From: a virus
Reading direction: 5' to 3' (one strand)
Length of the DNA stretch: 60,097 bases
IMG/VR virus record: IMGVR_UViG_3300025821_000001
Of the stretch, positions 44,535 through 51,409 are shown in pieces. How positions within the stretch are numbered: position 1 is the first letter of the stretch; each line of letters starts with the position of its first letter. Position numbers and translations under genes: made by a program. A model generated the notes under the pieces. It saw nothing but the letters and a program-made list of their open reading frames with translations. It was not told the origin of the DNA and did not search any database.

Positions 44535-44547
44535 CATTATACACAAC

Positions 44548-44583
44548 AACCAATAAACAAATAGGTGATGTCTTACCATCAAA
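44548..44583 (+). promoter_or_regulatory. conserved intergenic element copy A (AACCAATAAACAAATAGGTGATG-loop-CCATCAA)
   Basis: Contains hairpin TGATG-TCTTAC-CATCA; ends 6 nt before ATG 44590. Confidence 0.6.
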
Positions 44584-44589
44584 TCAATT

Positions 44590-44922
44590 ATGAAAACTAT
44601 AAAAGTTAAATCCGCTTTAGGATATAGAGAAAGTGATTTAGAAAATACTACTTCAAATGATGATGCTTATGAAAAAGCATTTGATTCAATGGATGTAAAC
44701 AACGCAAAATCAACTGAAGTAGTATCTGTCAATATACTAGAATTAGCTAGTGAGTTAGCAGATATGCAGCTTAAATTGGTGTGGGGTGAAACAAGGAAAG
44801 GTCTATATGAAGATGAAGATGCTTGCATAACCACATATAGTGATGAAGCGCAAGACATATTTAATGATTTGTACGATAAGTATTATTCATTAATAGAAAG
44901 TATTCAAGAAGTAAACAACTAA
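44590..44922 (+). CDS. hypothetical acidic protein (110 aa)
   Basis: ORF track; D/E-rich; preceded by the conserved hairpin element. Confidence 0.55.
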   Translation: MKTIKVKSALGYRESDLENTTSNDDAYEKAFDSMDVNNAKSTEVVSVNILELASELADMQLKLVWGETRKGLYEDEDACITTYSDEAQDIFNDLYDKYYSLIESIQEVNN

Positions 44923-44961
44923 TATGCTGAAAAAGTTTTAAAAGAAAAATCAAATCAAAAT

Positions 44962-44986
44962 CAAATAGGTGATGGCTTACCATCAA
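44962..44986 (+). promoter_or_regulatory. conserved intergenic element copy B (CAAATAGGTGATGGCTTACCATCAA)
   Basis: Hairpin TGATGG-CTTA-CCATCA; ends 7 nt before ATG 44994. Confidence 0.6.
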
Positions 44987-44993
44987 TTAAATT

Positions 44994-45455
44994 ATGAGAA
45001 CAATAGAAACAAAAATTTATACGATAGACGAGCATCCTGACCAAGATAAATGCTTTGAATGGATTAGAAATAATATATATGATTTGAATGAATGTTCAGT
45101 ACATGAAGTAGTAGATAGCCTGAAAGCATTACAAAAAGTAATTGGTGGAGACTTAGATTATTCAATCGGTCAATCACCTGATAGAGGAGAATTTATAACA
45201 TTCAAAAACTACGATGAGGATTCGCTTAAAGAACTTAATGCTGATGAATGTCCACTAACAGGAGTATGTTGGGATGCTGACTTAATTAAAAGTATGCAAG
45301 CAGATGAAGATGCTTACTTTTATTCTATTACTACTACCAATGGTGTATTGCGAGCATTGCATGAAGACACTGAGTACATTTATTCAGATGAAGGATTACG
45401 AGAGCTTTGCGAGGCAAATGAATATGAATTTACAGAAGAAGGTGAAAAAATATAA
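44994..45455 (+). CDS. hypothetical acidic protein (153 aa)
   Basis: ORF track; D/E-rich; preceded by the conserved hairpin element. Confidence 0.6.
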   Translation: MRTIETKIYTIDEHPDQDKCFEWIRNNIYDLNECSVHEVVDSLKALQKVIGGDLDYSIGQSPDRGEFITFKNYDEDSLKELNADECPLTGVCWDADLIKSMQADEDAYFYSITTTNGVLRALHEDTEYIYSDEGLRELCEANEYEFTEEGEKI

Positions 45456-45469
45456 AGGTGCTAGGGACT

Positions 45470-45508
45470 GTCTCGAGAATGCCGAGACCAAGGGGTGAAA
45501 GCCCCTTG
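45470..45508 (+). other. two adjacent GC-rich hairpins in an intergenic spacer
   Basis: GTCTCG-AGAATGC-CGAGAC immediately followed by CAAGGGG-TGAAAG-CCCCTTG; no T-tract; 15 nt after stop 45455. Confidence 0.5.
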
Positions 45509-45517
45509 CTCCGCTCA

Positions 45518-45535
45518 AACCAATAAACAAAAAAG
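45518..45535 (+). promoter_or_regulatory. partial copy D (AACCAATAAACAAAAAAG, no GGTGATG hairpin)
   Basis: Same 13-mer ACCAATAAACAAA; preceded instead by the double GC hairpin; 4 nt before ATG 45540. Confidence 0.45.
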
Positions 45536-45539
45536 TATT

Positions 45540-45917
45540 ATGAAAGTTATACTAACAAATCGCGAATCAGAAGAGTTATTTTATATCTCCCTTTGCAATG
45601 GGGGAGAATACATATGTGGGTATGGTCTTGAATTAGATTATTCTGATTATGATTACGAAAAGGCTAAATCTAAGCTAGAGTCATCGTGCTACGAAGATAT
45701 CTTAATGCAGATACTAAGAGATGGTGGTGAATTGGAACTAGCTGACCATGAATGTGATGGTGAATATAACAAGTCAATAACATTGAAAGACGTTCATAAC
45801 AAGGTGCAAGAAACGCCCTTAAAGCATCTAATAGATGCTATCAACGAAAATGACGATGCGTGTACCGCTGATGTCATCTTGCAAACTGTATTCTATGGAG
45901 AGATAATCTTCGGTTAA
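45540..45917 (+). CDS. hypothetical acidic protein (125 aa)
   Basis: I prefer ATG 45540 (MKVILTNRESEE...) over the GTG at 45495, which lies inside a GC hairpin; the ACCAATAAACAAA box is upstream. Confidence 0.55.
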   Translation: MKVILTNRESEELFYISLCNGGEYICGYGLELDYSDYDYEKAKSKLESSCYEDILMQILRDGGELELADHECDGEYNKSITLKDVHNKVQETPLKHLIDAINENDDACTADVILQTVFYGEIIFG

Positions 45918-45927
45918 AACCACATCA

Positions 45928-45957
45928 CCTCATAGCGTAACTGCTATGGGGTTTTGG
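45928..45957 (+). terminator. rho-independent terminator
   Basis: CCTCATAGC-GTAACT-GCTATGGGG (9 bp including one G-T) followed by TTTTGG; 11 nt after stop 45917. Confidence 0.6.
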
Positions 45958-45964
45958 TGGTATA

Positions 45965-46004
45965 AACCAATAAACAAATAGGTGATGTTGCTTACCATCA
46001 AAAA
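45965..46004 (+). promoter_or_regulatory. conserved intergenic element copy C
   Basis: AACCAATAAACAAATAGGTGATGTTGCTTACCATCAAAA; ends 6 nt before ATG 46011. Confidence 0.6.
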
Positions 46005-46010
46005 ATTATT

Positions 46011-46166
46011 ATGAAAATATTTAAAACATTAGACGATGCAATATCTCAGTTAGAGGAAGATTATATAGGGTCTATTGAATCTCATATAAAGAGCATAAAA
46101 AGTAGGGGTATTACAAGATACAATGGGACTATTTATATTGTTGATAAATACGGAATTTTAAACTGA
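46011..46166 (+). CDS. hypothetical small protein (51 aa; below the track cutoff)
   Basis: MKIFKTLDDAISQLEEDYIGSIESHIKSIKSRGITRYNGTIYIVDKYGILN*; preceded by the third copy of the hairpin element. Confidence 0.4.
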   Translation: MKIFKTLDDAISQLEEDYIGSIESHIKSIKSRGITRYNGTIYIVDKYGILN

Positions 46167-46223
46167 AAGAATGCTTACTATACTAATAATATTTTTAATT
46201 TTGATACTTAAACTAAGGAAACT

Positions 46224-46370
46224 ATGAAAACAATCGAACACAGCTACCAAGTAAGCAAGATGCTAGAGGTAATGAACAGTAGTATTATTGCGGGGGGCTA
46301 CCCCGACTACGAAGAAGGTGCTACATATATACTCTGCATGAACGGCAAAGCTCAAACATATTTAAACTAG
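46224..46370 (+). CDS. hypothetical small protein (48 aa; below the track cutoff)
   Basis: MKTIEHSYQVSKMLEVMNSSIIAGGYPDYEEGATYILCMNGKAQTYLN*; GGAAACTATG start context. Confidence 0.35.
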   Translation: MKTIEHSYQVSKMLEVMNSSIIAGGYPDYEEGATYILCMNGKAQTYLN

Positions 46371-46378
46371 GAGAAAAC

Positions 46379-46723
46379 ATGACACAAGAAATAAAAGAAC
46401 TAGAAGAACTATACAGAAATAGTTATCTTCGTGAGCAAAAGACATTAAACCAAGAAGCACGAACAGGAATACCTAGAGAGGAAATCCTACATGAGTATAT
46501 AAAGATTGATAGATTGTTGGGGTATATAGCCAATAAGATAAAGAGCGATCAACCCCCCGCACAAATAAAAATACTAAAGGAAAGAAAAAGTTTCTACAAT
46601 GAAATGATAAAGCCTTACAAAGAATACAAAGCAATAGTAGAGAGTAAGAGAGAGGACTATAAAAGGAGATTAAAAGCTGCTCAGTTTGTAAAACCCGAGC
46701 CTAATATGCGTGTATTTAATTAA
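46379..46723 (+). CDS. hypothetical protein (114 aa)
   Basis: ORF track; charged and helical. Confidence 0.55.
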   Translation: MTQEIKELEELYRNSYLREQKTLNQEARTGIPREEILHEYIKIDRLLGYIANKIKSDQPPAQIKILKERKSFYNEMIKPYKEYKAIVESKREDYKRRLKAAQFVKPEPNMRVFN

Positions 46724-46730
46724 ATAAATT

Positions 46731-46916
46731 ATGGACTATAAATTAATTGACAACATTGAAGTAGATGACATTGACACTAGCGACTACCCTGATTTTTGCG
46801 ATGCGTTCATATCAAGTGCTGACTATAACGGCAAACCAATGACTGATGAGCAGTTAGATAAACTTAATGAAGATAGCGACTTTGTTTATCAAAAAGTGCA
46901 AGAGCTTTTATTCTAA
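46731..46916 (+). CDS. hypothetical acidic protein (61 aa)
   Basis: ORF track; D/E-rich. Confidence 0.5.
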   Translation: MDYKLIDNIEVDDIDTSDYPDFCDAFISSADYNGKPMTDEQLDKLNEDSDFVYQKVQELLF

Positions 46917-46941
46917 CGGTAAGTATAAAAACAGTAGCGAT

Positions 46942-47202
46942 ATGGAAGATAAAATATTTGATATAGTAACAGACCTAATTAGAGATGATATAACTAAGGA
47001 TGAAGCAATAGACAAGCTATTGATTTTATACAATGTTAGGCTTTCGTTGTTTCAAAAAAACAGACTTGACTTGCTTAATTGGGCTAAAAGTGAATTAAAG
47101 CAAGAAACAAACACTAAACTTGGTAAGACAATGACACCTTATAGAAGTGATAAAATTATATTCTTGCGTAGGATTATAGATTGGCTCAACAATGAAGCCT
47201 AA
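46942..47202 (+). CDS. hypothetical protein (86 aa from internal ATG)
   Basis: ORF-track frame 46867-47202. The ATG at 46942 (MEDKIFDIV...) avoids overlap with the upstream gene. Confidence 0.5.
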   Translation: MEDKIFDIVTDLIRDDITKDEAIDKLLILYNVRLSLFQKNRLDLLNWAKSELKQETNTKLGKTMTPYRSDKIIFLRRIIDWLNNEA

Positions 47203-47286
47203 CAATTATATATAACACATTCAAAAATTTGAACCGATGGAAACCCCCAGTAGAAGCGGAGGAACTATGAAAGAATTAAATAAATT

Positions 47287-49152
47287 ATGAGTAACACAGT
47301 AACGATTTTTAACGGGGCGAAAGAAACCCTTGAAGCACATTACATTACAGTAAATCAAGCATTAAAAAGAATTAAAAATGGAAAAAGTAAAGAAGCAGTT
47401 GAAGAGATACGAAAGAGGTATGCCGAGAAAGAGAAATATGATCACCTTAAGATTGCATTACCTTCTGTTATCTATGCAGGAGTGGCTGACAAAGTTGGTA
47501 AAGATTCTCACGCAAGGGATACATTAAGGAACGATGAGTGTATAACTAAGCACTCAGGATTTTTCGTTCTTGATTTTGATGAGGGGGATACAGAAGTCCT
47601 TAAGCAAAGGTTACAAAAGGATACTTATATCTATGCTGTTTGGGCGGGGGTTACTAAGGGGTGTAAGGCTCTTGTTAAATGCCCCCCGAATATTGTTAAT
47701 CACCCTCTATACTACAATGCTTTTCTGTCTCGTTACCCCGAGTTAGACACTACATCTAAGAACATAGGCAGACTATGCTTTGAGAGTTATGACTCTGACT
47801 TATGGGTGAATGAGAAGAGTCTTGTGTGGGATAAGACCTTAACAGATGAAGAATATCAAAAACAAAAACAAAACCTAAAGGATAGAAAAAAGAAGAGGTT
47901 AATGGACATCTCAGCCTCTATGATAAGGGGGTCTAGGGATGGAGAGAAGCATGAGACACTACTAAGAGCCTCAACACTATTAGGTGGGGGTATAAAGCCA
48001 AAAACAGTATCAAGGGAAGAGGCAACAGAACATTTAGAAACAGAGATTAAAAAGAAACACCCAAAGGATTTTAAGCAAGCACAGAAAACAATTCAAGACG
48101 GCTTGACCTATGGTATGAACGCCCCACTACATGAGATAAAGGAAATAGAAAAGTCCCTTGACTTTACGAGAAGGAGTGATGGAAGCTATGACTTCCTCGC
48201 TAGTGATGAGGAGATGGATGACTATGAAACTGCTGTTATAAATGGCTCGCTTGAAATGGGAATGATAACAGGTATGCCTAAGTTAGATGAACATTGGATG
48301 TTTAAAAAGAATACCCTTGTTTGGTTAGCCGCTAGAGATAACGTTGGGAAGTCCTTTGTGTTTTGGTACTTCTCCGTACTTGCAGCTATGCAGCATGATT
48401 GGAAAGTGTTGATGTATGCAAAGGAAAACCGAGATGGTAGCGTAAGAAAGAAGATCAAGGAGTTTTATATTGGTAAGAGTATCAAATTGTTTAATGATAC
48501 CGACCATAAGTTAGCAAAAGATTTTATACAAAACAACTTTAAGTTCTTTACAGCTAAGAGGATGCACACAGCAGAAGATTGGCTAATGAAGTGTGAGATA
48601 GTATATGATGAGGGGTTTGAGTATGATGTAGTAATAGGAGACCCTTATAACGCCTTTGATCTGCCAATAGGTGAGAATCAGTACACAGTTAACTTACGCT
48701 CTTTAAATCAACTACAGACGTTTAAGGAGAACTACTCTGCTGTATGGATTACCGACCACATAACAAGTACCGCAGCAAGGGGTAGAAATAGTGATGGGGG
48801 TATGGAAGTTCCAACTAAGCATGACGTAGAGTTCGGACAGATGAAACCTAACAAGGCAGATGATTTTATTATAGCCCACAGAAACTTAAAGGGAGATGGT
48901 AACAAGTACGTTACAGAGATTCATGTAGACAAGATCAAAGAGGTAGAGACAGGGGGATGCCCAACACCAAAGGATGAGCCTGTAATGCTGCTAGCAAACA
49001 AAGACCTGTGTAGTTTTAGCTGTAATGGAGTAGACCCGATTAAAGAGTATTGGAAGCGTAAGGGTATGTACAATCCACCACAAGAAACAGAGCAACCTAA
49101 GTCAAGACTTGTGACTCAAGGGTGGAACACCCCCCAAAACGCACCATTCTAA
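47287..49152 (+). CDS. primase-helicase fusion (VirE/AEP-like primase N-domain plus SF4/RecA-like helicase)
   Basis: The acidic FFVLDFDE motif is typical of AEP motif I. The C-terminal half has Walker A ARDNVGKS and Walker B VVIGDPYN. 621 aa. Confidence 0.65.
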   Translation: MSNTVTIFNGAKETLEAHYITVNQALKRIKNGKSKEAVEEIRKRYAEKEKYDHLKIALPSVIYAGVADKVGKDSHARDTLRNDECITKHSGFFVLDFDEGDTEVLKQRLQKDTYIYAVWAGVTKGCKALVKCPPNIVNHPLYYNAFLSRYPELDTTSKNIGRLCFESYDSDLWVNEKSLVWDKTLTDEEYQKQKQNLKDRKKKRLMDISASMIRGSRDGEKHETLLRASTLLGGGIKPKTVSREEATEHLETEIKKKHPKDFKQAQKTIQDGLTYGMNAPLHEIKEIEKSLDFTRRSDGSYDFLASDEEMDDYETAVINGSLEMGMITGMPKLDEHWMFKKNTLVWLAARDNVGKSFVFWYFSVLAAMQHDWKVLMYAKENRDGSVRKKIKEFYIGKSIKLFNDTDHKLAKDFIQNNFKFFTAKRMHTAEDWLMKCEIVYDEGFEYDVVIGDPYNAFDLPIGENQYTVNLRSLNQLQTFKENYSAVWITDHITSTAARGRNSDGGMEVPTKHDVEFGQMKPNKADDFIIAHRNLKGDGNKYVTEIHVDKIKEVETGGCPTPKDEPVMLLANKDLCSFSCNGVDPIKEYWKRKGMYNPPQETEQPKSRLVTQGWNTPQNAPF

Positions 49153-49203
49153 TCCTTAACATTAACATAACATGAAAGGCTTGTTCACTCTATCCTTTCT
49201 TTG

Positions 49204-49211
49204 TATGTTTG
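49204..49211 (+). promoter_or_regulatory. promoter -7 box TATGTTTG
   Basis: GTATGTTTGCTG as at 42875-42886; 23 nt upstream of ATG 49235. Confidence 0.45.
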
Positions 49212-49234
49212 CTGGATAAATAAAAATTAAACCG

Positions 49235-49720
49235 ATGAAAAAGAAAGTATTTAAGAGATTAGAAAAGATTACATCAGGAGTTAACATAAGATTAGCTTTA
49301 AAGGATAAGGAGTTAAACGATGCCTTAGAGCAGACAGTAGTAAAAGTGTACGAGAAGAAAAGGTTAGAGTTATTAGGGGGGGAAGAGCCTCAAAGAACTG
49401 TTAAGGATATGTACCGATTGTATATGCTACCCGTAATAGATGTGTTAGATTATTTAAAATATATAGGGTACTTAGATGAAAAGGCACATTATTACAGCTT
49501 ATCATCCTCACACTTAATATTTGTGTATTGGGTGGAAATATGTAAAGACCCAACCTTGGGGAGTATGATAAACTTACCAAATACCATACTAGAATGTTTT
49601 GAGTATTGGGAAGAGCTTTTTCCAAAAGAGGAGTTACCAAATCATAACAACGCACTATCGCAAGAGGATTTTATAGAGAATATACACTTTGCATCAGATG
49701 TCTACAATAACTATAACTAA
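49235..49720 (+). CDS. hypothetical protein (161 aa)
   Basis: ORF track; TATGTTTG box at 49204-49211. Confidence 0.6.
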   Translation: MKKKVFKRLEKITSGVNIRLALKDKELNDALEQTVVKVYEKKRLELLGGEEPQRTVKDMYRLYMLPVIDVLDYLKYIGYLDEKAHYYSLSSSHLIFVYWVEICKDPTLGSMINLPNTILECFEYWEELFPKEELPNHNNALSQEDFIENIHFASDVYNNYN

Positions 49721-49726
49721 ATTAAA

Positions 49727-49936
49727 ATGAATGAAGAACTAGACAACAACGAAGACTGGGATTTTGAGTTCCTAGAGGACGGAGAAGCTACTATGATGGG
49801 ACTGCTGCTTACAATAGCAGACCAACTAGGAGTAAAAGTAAATGTAATAGGGGATCACCTTATCTACGGAGAAGATGCAGATGAGGCAGATATTGAAATT
49901 ATTACTACATTAGCAGACAGATTAAAAATTAAATAA
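49727..49936 (+). CDS. hypothetical acidic protein (69 aa)
   Basis: ORF track; D/E-rich. Confidence 0.5.
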   Translation: MNEELDNNEDWDFEFLEDGEATMMGLLLTIADQLGVKVNVIGDHLIYGEDADEADIEIITTLADRLKIK

Positions 49937-49952
49937 TTAAATTAAGTAAATT

Positions 49953-50681
49953 ATGAGTATTTCAAGCGATGACAAACAAAAGAACCCTTCTACTAAATTT
50001 GTAGAGTGGAGTGGGGGTGATGGTAAGTTTTACTATTACGACAAAGAAAAGAAGGAAAAGGTAGATATGCCTACGAAGTTTCAAATAGTAGGACTAGATG
50101 AACTAGCGACCATTAAAGGTTACGATGAGAAGGCTTCATCAGGTGTATACAGTAATGAGGTGAAGAATACCACCCAAGAAATCTTAATAGTAAAGAACTT
50201 TAAGGGGGACTTATTAGCTAAAGGACTATATCAATCCATTAAAGGTGACCTAAGTGGGGGTAAGTATACTAAAAGTATATACGCAGCACTTGTTAAAAAG
50301 GGTGGCGCAGTAGAACTTATAAACCTTTCTATTAAAGGTTCAGCACTTAGTCCTTGGATTGATGCTAAGATTAATATTAGTGGTGGGTTTGTAATTACTT
50401 GTGGTATTAATCCCGAAGAGAAGAAGAAAGGGAGGACAGTTTACTTTGAGCCTAGCTTTGAAGCAAAGCCTCTACCCGAAGGAGAGATTAGAGATACAGT
50501 AGTACAACTTGATGCGGAGGTTCTTCAACCTTACCTTAAGCAGTATTTTTCTACACCTGCTCAAGAGGAGAATGATGCTTGGGATAACTCTAAGCAAGAG
50601 AGGACAGAAGCACCTGAGCCTGTAATAGCTGCACCTATAAGTGTAGAGGATGATGAAGAATCAGATGACCTACCCTTCTGA
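49953..50681 (+). CDS. single-stranded DNA-binding protein
   Basis: 242 aa ending in the acidic tail VEDDEESDDLPF (compare E. coli SSB ...DDDIPF and the acidic T7 gp2.5 tail); lies between the primase-helicase and the polymerase. Confidence 0.6.
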   Translation: MSISSDDKQKNPSTKFVEWSGGDGKFYYYDKEKKEKVDMPTKFQIVGLDELATIKGYDEKASSGVYSNEVKNTTQEILIVKNFKGDLLAKGLYQSIKGDLSGGKYTKSIYAALVKKGGAVELINLSIKGSALSPWIDAKINISGGFVITCGINPEEKKKGRTVYFEPSFEAKPLPEGEIRDTVVQLDAEVLQPYLKQYFSTPAQEENDAWDNSKQERTEAPEPVIAAPISVEDDEESDDLPF

Positions 50682-50704
50682 TAATCAGTAAGTTATAACC
50701 TAAT

Positions 50705-50766
50705 AAACCCCCGCTAAATCTTAGAATAAATCTCTTGGAAGAGGCTACTTTTTGGCGGGGGTTTTT
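50705..50766 (+). terminator. long-loop hairpin plus T-tract after the SSB gene
   Basis: AAACCCCCGC (50705-50714) pairs with GCGGGGGTTT (50755-50764). The 40-nt loop contains the small hairpin CTCTT-GG-AAGAG, and the stem is followed by TTTTT. Confidence 0.5.
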
Positions 50767-50781
50767 AAAAGCAAACAAACT

Positions 50782-50934
50782 ATGCTATCAGAAAGAACAA
50801 AAATAGCTATTAAGTTTTGGGGAGGGATTCCCCCACGAAAGATAGCAAAGCAACTAAACAGAAGTGAGAGTTGGGTATCCACTCAGACAGATATAATAAT
50901 GGCTACAAGACCTAGATATGATAACAGAGGATGA
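50782..50934 (+). CDS. small helix-turn-helix protein (50 aa)
   Basis: I prefer ATG 50782 (MLSERTKIAIKFWGGIPPRKIAKQLNRSESWVSTQ...) because the TTG at 50752 lies inside the terminator stem. HTH-like IAKQLNRSESWV. Confidence 0.45.
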   Translation: MLSERTKIAIKFWGGIPPRKIAKQLNRSESWVSTQTDIIMATRPRYDNRG

Positions 50935-51409
50935 TTATGAAATATTTGTTAGGTACGCTAAGAGTTTACTGTTTAAAGACTCACAAGTAGCCCCCCAAGA
51001 TATAGTACACAATGTAATCCTAAAGGGTATCCAAGAGAACCACTCAATAAGGTATATGATGTACAACATAAGAATGTCTGTTCTTGGTAAGGATAGGGGG
51101 AAAAGAGTAACAACAGATGTTATGCCCCCACAAACAGTAGAACCATCAGCCCATAAAGAGATAGAGGTAAAGGAGTTTATGACAGCCTTAGATAACATAA
51201 TGATTTATAAGCGTGGGGGTAACGGAGGTAGAAGCAAGACAGTAGACATAAACAAGACACATAAGGCTAAGACGATAGTAAGAATGTCTTACGAGGGGTA
51301 TTCTCAAAAAGAGATTAGTAAGGTTGTGGATATGGATAGTGTAGCTATCAGCAACCTTAGACTTAAGGTGATGAAAAGAATTAAACAACAATTAGAGATA
51401 AAAGGATGA
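50918..51409 (+). CDS. ECF-like sigma-70 family factor
   Basis: Region-2-like FVRYAKSLLFKD...PQDIVHNVILKGI and region-4.2-like KTIVRMSYEGYSQKEISKVVDMDSVAISNLRLKVMKRIKQQL. Confidence 0.55.
   Translation: MITEDDYEIFVRYAKSLLFKDSQVAPQDIVHNVILKGIQENHSIRYMMYNIRMSVLGKDRGKRVTTDVMPPQTVEPSAHKEIEVKEFMTALDNIMIYKRGGNGGRSKTVDINKTHKAKTIVRMSYEGYSQKEISKVVDMDSVAISNLRLKVMKRIKQQLEIKG

Noticed and set aside
45304-45498. A 64-aa plus-strand ORF overlaps the end of 44994-45455, and the track gives a GTG-initiated extension of the next gene (45495).
   Set aside because: It is an out-of-frame overlap with a longer ORF. The GTG start sits inside the GC hairpin. ATG 45540 has the same upstream box as the neighbouring genes.
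44548-46004. The repeated intergenic hairpin elements could be mistaken for a CRISPR-like array.
   Set aside because: The 'spacers' are 330-1000 bp protein-coding genes, the repeats are imperfect, and each sits just before a start codon. There are no cas genes apart from a stand-alone Cas4-like nuclease, which is common in phages.
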